From: the human T2T-CHM13v2.0 reference genome, Homo sapiens
Assembly (NCBI RefSeq): GCF_009914755.1
Contig: NC_060943.1
Reading direction: 5' to 3' (one strand)
Length of the DNA stretch: 64,000 nucleotides
Below are positions 52,601 through 64,000 of the stretch, piece by piece. The translations under genes were made by a program, and so were the position numbers. Every line of letters starts with the position of its first letter. Position 1 is the stretch's first letter. A model generated the notes under the pieces. The model did no database searches. It was given only the letters and a program-made list of their open reading frames with translations, and had not been told where the DNA came from.

Positions 52601-55600
52601 TTTTTGTGTAATTTGCAAGTGGAGATTTCAGCCGCTTTGAGGTCAATGGTAGAAAAGGAAATATCTTCGAATAAAAACTAGACAGAATGATTCTCAGAAA
52701 CTCCTTTGTGATGTGTGCGTTCAACTCACAGAGTTTAACCTTTCTTTTCATAGAGCAGTTAGGAAACACTCTGTTTGTAAAGTCTGCAAGTGGATATTCA
52801 GACATCCTTGAGGCTTTCGTTGGAAACGGAATTTCTTCATGTTCTGCTAGACAGAAGAATTCTCAGTAACTTCCTTGTGTTGTGTGTATTCAACTCACAG
52901 AGTTGAACGATCCTTTACACAGAGCAGACTTGAAACACTCTTTTTGTGGAATTTGCAAGTGGAGATTTCAGCCGCTTTGAGTTCAATGGTAGAATAGGAA
53001 ATATCTTCCTGTAGAAACTAGACAGAATGATTCTCAGAAACTCCTTTGTGATGTGTGCGTTCAACTCACAGAGTTCAACCTTTCTTTTCATAGAGCAGTT
53101 GGGAAACACTCTGTTTGTAAAGTCTGCAAGTGGATATTCAGACTTCTTTGAGGCCTTCGTTGGAAGCGGGATTTCTTCATGTTCTGCTAGACAGAAGAAT
53201 TCTCAGTAACTGCCTTGTGTTGTGTGTATTCAACTCACAGAGTTGAACGATCCTTTACACAGAGCAGACTTGAAACACTCCTTTTGTGGAATTTGCAAGT
53301 GGAGATTTCAGCCGCTTTGAGGTCAATGGTAGAATAGGAAATATCTTCCTATAGAAACTAGACAGAATGATTCTCAGAAACTCCTTTGTGATGTGTGCGA
53401 TCAACTCACAGAGTTTAACCTTTCTTTTCATAGAGCAGTTAGGAAACACTCTGTAAAGTCTGCAAGTGGATATTCAGACATCCTTGAGGCTTTCGTTGGA
53501 AACGGGATTTCTTCATATTCTGCTAGAAAGAAGAATTCTCAGTAACTTCCTTGTGTTGTGTGTATTCAACTCAGAGTTGAACGATCCTTTACACAGAGCA
53601 GACTTGAAACACTCTTTTTGTGGAATATGCAAGTGGAGATTTCAGCCGCTTTGAGGTCAATGTTAGAATAGGAAATATCTTCCTATAGAAACTAGACACA
53701 ATGATTCTCAGAACCTCCTTTGTGATGTGTGCGTTCAACTCACAGAGTTTAACCTTTCTTTTCATAGAGCAGTTAGGATACACTCTGTTTGTAAAGTCTG
53801 CAAGTGGATATTCAGACATCCTTGAGGCTTTCGTTGGAAACGGGATTTCTTCATATTCTGCTAGAAAGAAGAATTCTCAGTAACTTCCTTGTGTTGTGTG
53901 TATTCAACTCACAGAGTTGAACGATCCTTTACACAGAGCAGACTTCAAACACTCTTTTTGTGGAATTTGCAAGTGGAGATTTCAGCCGCTTTGAGGTCAA
54001 TGGTAGAATAGGAAATATCTTCCTATAGAAACTAGACAGAATGATTCTCAGAAACTCCTTTGTGATGTGTGCGTTCAACTCACAGAGTTTAACCTTTCTT
54101 TTCATAGAGCAGTTAGGAAACACTCTGTTTGTAAAGTCTGCAAGTGGATATTCAGACATCTTTGAGGCCTTCGTTGGAAACGGGATTTCTTCATGTTCTG
54201 CTAGACAGAAGAATTCTCAGAAACTTCCTTGTGTTGTGTGTTTTCAACTCACAGACTTGAACGATGCTTTACACAGAGTAGACTTGAAACACTCTTTTTG
54301 TGTAATTTGCAAGTGGAGATTTCAGCCGCTTTGAGGTCAATGGTAGAAAAGGAAATATCTTCGTATAAAAACTAGACAGAATGACTCTCAGAAACTCCTT
54401 TGTGATGTGTGCGTTCAACTCACACAGTTTAACCTTTCTTTTCATAGAGCAGTTAGGAAACACTCTGTTTGTAAAGTCTGCAAGTGGATATTCAGACATC
54501 CTTGAGGCTTTCGTTGGAAACGGGATTTCTTCATGTTCTGCTAGACAGAAGAATTCTCAGTAACTTCCTTGTGTTGTGTGTATTCAACTCACAGAGTTGA
54601 ACGATCCTTTACACAGAGCAGACTTGAAACACTCTTTTTGTGGAATTTGCAAGTGGAGATTTCAGCCGCTTTGAGGTCAATGGTAGAATAGGAAATATCT
54701 TCCTATAGAAACTAGACAGAATGATTCTCAGAAACTCCTTTGTGATGTGTGCGTTCAACTCACAGAGTTTAACCTTTCTTTTCATAGCGCAGTTGGGAAA
54801 CACTCTGTTTGTAAAGTCTGCAAGTGGATATTCTGACATCCTTGAGGCTTTCGTTGGAAAAGGGATTTCTTCATATTCTGCTAGAAAGAAGAATTCTCAG
54901 TAACTTCCTTGTGTTGTGTGTATTCAACTCACAGAGTTGAACGATCCTTTACACAGAGCAGACTTGAAACACTCTTTTTGTGGAATTTGCAAGTGGAGAT
55001 TTCAGCCGCTTTGAGGTCAATGTTAGAATAGGAAATATCTTCCTATAGAAACTAGACAGAATGATTCTCAGAACCTCCTTTGTGATGTGTGCGTTCAACT
55101 CACAGAGTTTAACCTTTCTTTTCATAGAGCAGTTAGGAAACACTCTGTTTGTAAAGTCTGCAAGTGGATATTCAGACATCCTTGAGGCTTTCGTTGGAAA
55201 CGGGATTTCTTCATATTCTGCTAGAAAGAAGAATTCTCAGTAACTTCCTTGTGTTGTGTGTATTCAACTCACAGAGTTGAACGATCCTTTACACAGAGCA
55301 GACTTGAAACACTCTTTTTGTGGAATTTGCAAGTGGAGATTTCAGCCGCTTTGAGTTCAATGGTAGAATAGGAAATATCTTCCTATAGAAACTAGACAGA
55401 ATGATTCTCAGAAACTCCTTTGTGATGTGTGCGTTCAACTCACAGAGTTTAACCTTTCTTTTCATAGAGCAGTTGGGAAACACTCTGTTTGTAAAGTCTG
55501 CAAGTGGATATTCAGACCTCCTTGAGGCTTTCGTTGGAAACGGGATTTCTTCATATTCTGCTAGAAAGAAGAATTCTCAGTAACTTCCTTGTGTTGTGTG

Positions 55601-58600
55601 TATTCAACTCACAGAGTTGAACGATCCTTTACACAGAGCAGACTTGAAACACTCCTTTTGTGGAATTTGCAAGTGGAGATTTCAGCCGCTTTGAGGTCAA
55701 TGGTAGAATAGGAAATATCTTCCTATAGAAACTAGACAGAATGATTCTCAGAAACTCCTTTGTGATGTGTGCGTTCAACTCACAGAGTTCAACCTTTCTT
55801 TTCATAGAGCAGTTGGGAAACACTCTGTTTGTAAAGTCTGCAAGTGGATATTCAGACTTCTTTGAGGCCTTCGTTGGAAGCGGGATTTCTTCATGTTCTG
55901 CTAGACAGAAGAATTCTCAGAAACTTCCTTGTGTTGTGTGTTTTCAACTCACAGAGTTGAACGATCCTTTACACAGAGCAGACTTGAAACACTCTTTTTG
56001 TGGAATTTGCAAGTGGAGATTTCAGCCGCTTTGAGGTCAATGGTAGAATAGGAAATATCTTCCTATAGAAACTAGACAGAATGATTCTCAGAAACTCCTT
56101 TGTGATGTGTGCGTTCAACTCACAGAGTTTAACCTTTCTTTTCATAGAGCAGTTAGGAAACACTCTGTTTGTAAAGTCGGCAAGTAGATATTCAGACATC
56201 TTTGAGGCCTTCGTTGGAAACGGGATTTCTTCATGTTCTGCTAGACAGAAGAATTCTCAGAAACTTCCTTGTGTTGTGTGTTTTCAACTCACAGAGTTGA
56301 ACGATGCTTTACACAGAGTAGACTTGAAACACTCTTTTTGTGTAATTTGCAAGTGGAGATTTCAGCCGCTTTGAGGTCAATGGTAGAAAAGGAAATATCT
56401 TCGTATAAAAACTAGACAGAATGATTCTCAGAAACTCCTTTGTGATGTGTGCGTTCAACTCACAGAGTTTAACCTTTCTTTTCATAGAGCAGTTAGGAAA
56501 CACTCTGTTTGTAAAGTCTGCAAGTGGATATTCAGACATCCTTGAGGCTTTCGTTGGAAACGGAATTTCTTCATGTTCTGCTAGACAGAAGAATTCTCAG
56601 TAACTTCCTTGTGTTGTGTGTATTCAACTCACAGAGTTGAACGATCCTTTACACAGAGCAGACTTGAAACACTCTTTTTGTGGAATTTGCAAGTGGAGAT
56701 TTCAGCCGCTTTGAGTTCAATGGTAGAATAGGAAATATCTTCCTGTAGAAACTAGACAGAATGATTCTCAGAAACTCCTTTGTGATGTGTGCGTTCAACT
56801 CACAGAGTTCAACCTTTCTTTTCATAGAGCAGTTGGGAAACACTCTGTTTGTAAAGTGTGCAAGTGGATATTCAGACTTCTTTGAGGCCTTCGTTGGAAG
56901 CGGGATTTCTTCATGTTCTGCTAGAAAGAAGAATTCTCAGTAACTTCCTTGTGTTGTGTGTATTCAACTCACAGAGTTGAACGATCCTTTACACAGAGCA
57001 GACTTGAAACACTCCTTTTGTGGAATTTGCAAGTGGAGATTTCAGCCGCTTTGAGGTCAATGGTAGAATAGGAAATATCTTCCTATAGAAACTAGACAGA
57101 ATGATTCTGAGAAACTCCTTTGTGATGTGTGCGTTCAACTCACACAGTTTAACCTTTCTTTTCATAGAGCAGTTAGGAAACACTCTGTTTGTAAAGTCTG
57201 CAAGTGGATATTCAGACCTCCTTGAGGCCTTCGTTGGAAACGGGATTTCTTCATATTATGCTAGACAGAAGAATTCTCAGTAACTTCCTTGTGTTGTGTG
57301 TATTCAACTCACAGAGTTGAACGATCCTTTACACAGAGCAGACTTGAAACCCTCTTTTTGTGGAATTTGCAAGTGGAGATTTCAGCCGCTTTGAGGTCAA
57401 TGGTAGAATAGGAAATATCTTCCTATAGAAACTAGACAGAATGATTCTCAGAAACTCCTTTGTGATGTGTGCGTTCAACTCACAGAGTTCAACCTTTCTT
57501 TTCATAGAGCAGTTGGGAAACACTCTGTTTGTAAAGTCTGCAAGTGGATATTCAGACTTCTTTGAGGCCTTCGTTGGAAGCGGGATTTCTTCATGTTCTG
57601 CTAGACAGAAGAATTCTCAGAAACTTCCTTGTGTTGTGTGTTTTCAACTCACAGAGTTGAACGATCCTTTACACAGAGCAGACTTGAAACACTCTTTTTG
57701 TGGAATTTGCAAGTGGAGATTTCAGCCGCTTTGAGGTCAATGGTAGAATAGGAAATATCTTCCTATAGAAACTAGACAGAATGATTCTCAGAAACTCCTT
57801 TGTGATGTGTGCGTTCAACTCACAGAGTTTAACCTTTCTTTTCATAGAGCAGTTAGGAAACACTCTGTTTGTAAAGTCTGCAAGTAGATATTCAGACATC
57901 TTTGAGGCCTTCGTTGGAAACGGGATTTCTTCATGTTCTGCTAGACAGAAGAATTCTCAGAAACTTCCTTGTGTTGTGTGTTTTCAACTCACAGAGTTGA
58001 ACGATGCTTTACACAGAGTAGACTTGAAACACTCTTTTTGTGTAATTTGCAAGTGGAGATTTCAGCCGCTTTGAGGTCAATGGTAGAAAAGGAAATATCT
58101 TCGTATAAAAACTAGACAGAATGATTCTCAGAAACTCCTTTGTGATGTGTGCGTTCAACTCACAGAGTTTAACCTTTCTTTTCATAGAGCAGTTAGGAAA
58201 CACTCTGTAAAGTCTGCAAGTGGATATTCAGACATCCTTGAGGCTTTCGTTGGAAACGGAATTTCTTCATGTTCTGCTAGACAGAAGAATTCTCAGTAAC
58301 TTCCTTGTGTTGTGTGTTTTCAACTCACAGAGTTGAACGATCCTTTACACAGAGCAGACTTGAAACACTCTTTTTGTGGAATTTGCAAGTGGAGATTTCA
58401 GCCGCTTTGAGGTCAATGGTAGAATAGGAAATATCTTCCTGTAGAAACTAGACAGAATGATTCTCAGAAACTCCTTTGTGATGTGTGCGTTCAACTCACA
58501 GAGTTCAACCTTTCTTTTCATAGAGCAGTTGGGAAACACTCTGTTTGTAAAGTCTGCAAGTGGATATTCAGACTTCTTTGAGGCCTTCGTTGGAAGCGGG

Positions 58601-61600
58601 ATTTCTTCATGTTCTGCTAGACAGAAGAATTCTCAGTAACTGCCTTGTGTTGTGTGTATTCAACTCACAGAGTTGAACGATCCTTTACACAGAGCAGACT
58701 TGAAACACTCCTTTTGTGGAATTTGCAAGTGGAGATTTCAGCCGCTTTGAGGTCAATGATAGAATAGGAAATATCTTCTTATAGAAACTAGACAGAATGA
58801 TTCTCAGAAACTCCTTTGTGATGTGTGCGATCAACTCACAGAGTTTAACCTTTCTTTTCATAGAGCAGTTAGGAAACACTCTGTAAAGTCTGCAAGTGGA
58901 TATTCAGACATCCTTGAGGCTTTCGTTGGAAACGGGATTTCTTCATATTCTGCTAGAAAGAAGAATTCTCAGTAACTTCCTTGTGTTGTGTGTATTCAAC
59001 TCACAGAGTTGAACGATCCTTTACACAGAGCAGACTTGAAACACTCTTTTTGTGGAATTTGCAAGTGGAGATTTCAGCCGCTTTGAGGTCAATGTTAGAA
59101 TAGGAAATATCTTCCTATAGAAACTAGACAGAATGATTCTCAGAACCTCCTTTGTGATGTGTGCGTTCAACCCACAGAGTTTAACCTTTCTTTTCATAGA
59201 GCAGTTAGGATACACTCTGTTTGTAAAGTCTGCAAGTGGATATTCAGACATCCTTGAGGCTTTCGTTGGAAACGGGATTTCTTAATATTCTGCTAGAAAG
59301 AAGAATTCTCAGTAACTTCCTTGTGTTGTGTGTATTCAACTCACAGAGTTGAACGATCCTTTACACAGAGCAGACTTGAAACACTCTTTTTGTGGAATTT
59401 GCAAGTGGAGATTTCAGCCGCTTTGAGGTCAATGGTAGAAAAGGAAATATCTTCGTATAAAAACTAGACAGAATGATTCTCAGAAACTCCTTTGTGATGT
59501 GTGCGTTCAACTCACAGAGTTTAACCTTTCTTTTCATAGAGCAGTTAGGAAACACTCTGTTTGTAAAGTCTGCAAGTGGATATTCAGACATCTTTGAGGC
59601 CTTCGTTGGAAACGGGATTTCTTCATATTATGCTAGACAGAAGAATTCTCAGAAACTTCCTTGTGTTGTGTGTTTTCAACTCACAGAGATGAACGATGCT
59701 TTACACAGAGCAGACTTGAAACACTCTTTTTGTGGAATTTGCAAGTGGAGATTTCAGCCGCTTTGAGTTCAATGGTAGAATAGGAAATATCTTCCTATAG
59801 AAACTAGACAGAATGATTCTCAGAAACTCCTTTGTGATGTGTGCGTTCAACTCACAGAGTTCAACCTTTCTTTTCATAGAGCAGTTAGGAAACACTCTGT
59901 TTGTAAAGTCTGCAAGTGGATATTCAGACCTCTTTGAGGCCTTCGTTGGAAGCGGGATTTCTTCATGTTCTGCTAGACAGAAGAATTCTCAGTAACTGCC
60001 TTGTGTTGTGTGTATTCAACTCACAGAGTTGAACGATCCTTTACACAGAGCAGACTTGAAACACTCTTTTTGTGGAATTTGCAAGTGGAGATTTCAGCCG
60101 CTTTGAGGTCAATGGTAGAATAGGAAATATCTTCCTATAGAAACTAGACAGAATGATTCTCAGAAACTCCTTTGTGATGTGTGCGTTCAACTCACAGAGT
60201 TTAACCTTTCTTTTCATAGCGCAGTTGGGAAACACTCTGTTTGTAAAGTCTGCAAGTGGATATTCTGACATCCTTGAGGCTTTCGTTGGAAACGGGATTT
60301 CTTCATATTCTGCTAGACAGAAGAATTCTCAGTAACTTCCTTGTGTTGTGTGTATTCAACTCACAGAGTTGAACGATCCTTTACACAGAGCAGACTTGAA
60401 ACACTCTTTTTGTGGAATTTGCAAGTGGAGATTTCAGCCGCTTTGAGGTCAATGGTAGAATAGGAAATATCTTCCTATAGAAACTAGACAGAATGATTCT
60501 CAGAACCTCCTTTGTGATGTGTGCGTTCAACTCACAGAGTTTAACCTTTCTTTTCATAGAGCAGTTAGGAAACACTCTGTTTGTAAAGTCTGCAAGTGGA
60601 TATTCAGACATCCTTGAGGCCTTCATTGGAAACGGGATTTCTTCATATTATGCTAGACAGAAGAATTCTCAGTAACTTCCTTGTGTTGTGTGTATTCAAC
60701 TCACAGAGTTGAACGATCCTTTACACAGAGCAGACTTGAAACACTCTTTTTGTGGAATTTGCAAGTGGAGATTTCAGCCGCTTTGAGTTCAATGGTAGAA
60801 TAGGAAATATCTTCCTATAGAAACTAGACAGAATGATTCTCAGAAACTCCTTTGTGATGTGTGCGTTCAACTCACAGAGTTTAACCTTTCTTTTCATAGA
60901 GCAGTTGGGAAACACTCTGTTTGTAAAGTCTGCAAGTGGATATTCAGACTTCTTTGAGGCCTTCGTTGGAAACGGGATTTCTTCATATTCTGCTAGAAAG
61001 AAGAATTCTCAGTAACTTCCTTGTGTTGTGTGTATTCAACTCACAGAGTTGAACGATCCTTTACACAGAGCAGACTTGAAACACTCTTTTTGTGGAATTT
61101 GCAAGTGGAGATTTCAGCCGCTTTGAGGTCAATGGTAGAATAGGAAATTTCTTCCTATAGAAACTAGACAGAATGATTCTGAGAAACTCCTTTGTGAGGT
61201 GTGCGTTCAACTCACACAGTTTAACCTTTCTTTTCATAGAGCAGTTATGAAACACTCTGTTTGTAAAGTCTGCAAGTAGATATTCAGACATCTTTGAGGC
61301 CTTCGTTGGAAACGGGATTTCTTCATATTATGCTAGACAGAAGAATTCTCAGTAACTTCCTTGTGTTGTGTGTATTCAACTCACAGAGTTGAACGATCCT
61401 TTACACAGAGCAGACTTGAAACCCTCTTTTTGTGGAATTTGCAAGTGGAGATTTCAGCCGCTTTGAGGTCAATGGTAGAATAGGAAATATCTTCCTATAG
61501 AAACTAGACAGAATGATTCTCAGAAACTCCTTTGTGATGTGTGCGTTCAACTCACAGAGTTCAACCTTTCTTTTCATAGAGCAGTTGGGAAACACTCTGT

Positions 61601-64000
61601 TTGTAAAGTCTGCAAGTGGATATTCAGACTTCTTTGAGGCCTTCGTTGGAAACGGGATTTCTTCATGTTCTGCTAGACAGAAGAATTCTCAGAAACTTCC
61701 TTGTGTTGTGTGTTTTCAACTCACAGAGTTGAACGATCCTTTACACAGAGCAGACTTGAAACACTCTTTTTGTGGAATTTGCAAGTGGAGATTTCAGCCC
61801 CTTTGAGGTCAATGGTAGAATAGGAAATATCTTCCTATAGAAACTAGACAGAATGATTCTCAGAAACTCCTTTGTGATGTGTGCGTTCAACTCACAGAGT
61901 TTAACCTTTCTTTTCATAGAGCAGTTAGGAAACACTCTGTTTGTAAAGTCTGCAAGTAGATATTCAGACATCTTTGAGGCCTTCGTTGGAAACGGGATTT
62001 CTTCATGTTCTGCTAGACAGAAGAATTCTCAGAAACTTCCTTGTGTTGTGTGTTTTCAACTCACAGAGTTGAACGATGCTTTACACAGAGTAGACTTGAA
62101 ACACTCTTTTTGTGTAATTTGCAAGTGGAGATTTCAGCCGCTTTGAGGTCAATGGTAGAAAAGGAAATATCTTCGTATAAAAACTAGACAGAATGATTCT
62201 CAGAAACTCCTTTGTGATGTGTGCGTTCAACTCACAGAGTTTAACCTTTCTTTTCATAGAGCAGTTAGGAAACACTCCGTTTGTAAAGTCTGCAAGTGGA
62301 TATTCAGACCTCCTTGAGGCCTTCGTTGGAAACGGGATTTCTTCATATTATGCTAGACAGAAGAATTCTCAGTAACTTCCTTGTGTTGTGTGTATTCAAC
62401 TCACAGAGTTGAACGATCCTTTACACAGAGCAGACTTGAAACACTCTTTTTGTGGAATTTGCAAGTGGAGATTTCAGCCGCTTTGAGGTCAATGGTAGAA
62501 TAGGAAATATCTTCATATAGAAACTAGACAGAATGATTCTCAGAAACTCCTTTGTGATGTGTGCGTTCAACTCACACAGTTTAACCTTTCTTTTCATAGA
62601 GCAGTTAGGAAACACTCTGTTTGTAAAGTCTGCAAGTGGATATTCAGACATCCTTGAGGCTTTCGTTGGAAACGGGATTTCTTCATATTCTGCTAGAAAG
62701 AAGAATTCTCAGTAACTTCCTTGTGTTGTGTGTATTCAACTCAGAGTTGAACGATCCTTTACACAGAGCAGACTTGAAACACTCTTTTTGTGGAATTTGC
62801 AAGTGGAGATTTCAGCCGCTTTGAGGTCAATGTTAGAATAGGAAATATCTTCCTATAGAAACTAGACACAATGATTCTCAGAACCTCCTTTGTGATGTGT
62901 GCGTTCAACTCACAGAGTTTAACCTTTCTTTTCATAGAGCAGTTAGGATACACTCTGTTTGTAAAGTCTGCAAGTGGATATTCAGACATCCGTGAGGCTT
63001 TCGTTGGAAACGGGATTTCTTCATATTCTGCTAGAAAGAAGAATTCTCAGTAACTTCCTTGTGTTGTGTGTATTCAACTCACAGAGTTGAACGATCCTTT
63101 ACACAGAGCAGACTTGAAACACTCTTTTTGTGGAATTTGCAAGTGGAGATTTCAGCCGCTTTGAGGTCAATGGTAGAATAGGAAATATCTTCCTATAGAA
63201 ACTAGACAGAATGATTCTCAGAAACTCCTTTGTGATGTGTGCGTTCAACTCACAGAGTTTAACCTTTCTTTTCATAGAGCAGTTAGGAAACACTCTGTTT
63301 GTAAAGTCTGCAAGTGGATATTCAGACATCTTTGAGGCCTTCGTTGGAAACGGGATTTCTTCATGTTCTGCTAGACAGAAGAATTCTCAGAAACTTCCTT
63401 GTGTTGTGTGTTTTCAACTCACAGAGTTGAACGATGCTTTACACAGAGTAGACTTGAAACACTCTTTTTGTGTAATTTGCAAGTGGAGATTTCAGCCGCT
63501 TTGAGGTCAATGGTAGAAAAGGAAATATCTTCGTATAAAAACTAGACAGAATGATTCTCAGAAACTCCTTTGTGATGTGTGCGTTCAACTCACAGAGTTT
63601 AACCTTTCTTTTCATAGAGCAGTTAGGAAACACTCTGTTTGTAAAGTCTGCAAGTGGATATTCAGACCTCCTTGAGGCCTTCGTTGGAAACGGGATTTCT
63701 TCATATTATGCTAGACAGAAGAATTCTCGGTAACTTCCTTGTGTTGTGTGTATTCAACTCACAGAGTTGAACGATCCTTTACACAGAGCAGACTTGAAAC
63801 ACTCTTTTTGTGGAATTTGCAAGTGGAGATTTCAGCCGCTTTGAGGTCAATGTTAGAATAGGAAATATCTTCATATAGAAACTAGACAGAATGATTCTCA
63901 GAAACTCCTTTGTGATGTGTGCGTTCAACTCACAGAGTTTAACCTTTCTTTTCATAGAGCAGTTAGGAAACACTGTGTTTGTAAAGTCTGCAAGTGGATA

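Larger units (their letters stand above)
1..64000 (+). repeat. Alpha satellite array, SF1 340 bp dimer (D1Z7/D5Z2/D19Z3-type, S1C1/5/19H1L), about 188 copies, extending past both window edges
   Basis: Seen: ATTCTCAG monomer starts at 1, 170 and 341 (169+171 bp); the ORF track recurs every 340 bp throughout; GAATTC once per dimer (first at 168-173); a CENP-B box in every second monomer; dimers differ by only a few substitutions. Knowledge: this organisation and sequence is the EcoRI 340 bp SF1 dimer of human chr1/5/19 centromeres. Confidence 0.97.

Noticed and set aside
226-63973. Hundreds of 60-97 aa ORFs on both strands (MILRNSFVMCAF..., MFPNCSMKRK..., MSEYPLADF...)
   Set aside because: They recur every 340 bp because they are translations of the satellite unit. 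Stops and frameshifts arise freely, there is no gene context, and I recognise no protein family.
1-64000. CRISPR-like array or diversity-generating cassette system suggested by regular repeats with combinatorial variants
   Set aside because: There are no unique spacers, no cas, recombinase or reverse transcriptase genes and no leader. The variation is ordinary satellite SNV haplotypes shuffled by recombination.
1-64000. Transposon (L1/Alu) insertion, inversion or non-satellite island
   Set aside because: The 340 bp phase and strand orientation are continuous from end to end, and the total 27 bp drift is fully explained by small deletions.
1-64000. Assignment to a specific chromosome or to the active kinetochore site
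   Set aside because: This dimer family is shared by chr1, 5 and 19. Assignment needs mapping, and kinetochore position needs CENP-A or methylation data.
1-64000. Synthetic (GRCh38-style modelled) centromere sequence
   Set aside because: Multi-kilobase duplications that preserve private variants at exact offsets are not expected from a short-memory monomer model and look like a true long-read assembly. Local assembly error cannot be excluded.

Overview
The whole 64 kb window is one uninterrupted, head-to-tail, single-orientation array of primate (most likely human) centromeric alpha satellite. The unit is a 340 bp dimer: a 169 bp monomer carrying a CENP-B box plus a 171 bp monomer carrying a pJ-alpha-type box. 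There are about 188 copies, with one EcoRI site per dimer. This matches the suprachromosomal family 1 (J1/J2) dimeric array shared by human chromosomes 1, 5 and 19 (D1Z7/D5Z2/D19Z3, S1C1/5/19H1L); I cannot assign the chromosome by eye. I see no genes, RNA genes, CRISPR arrays, transposon insertions or inversions, and all listed ORFs are chance products of the repeat. I found no new gene-based biological system. The interesting structure lies in the linked single-base variants, which show nested periodicities on top of the dimer: offsets of 2, 6, 10, 13, 52 and 60 dimers, with 13 and 4x13 recurring. They also show a divergent minority monomer, propagated CENP-B box mutations, deletion-only indels and mosaic recombinant units. 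All marker positions were read manually and should be confirmed by alignment.
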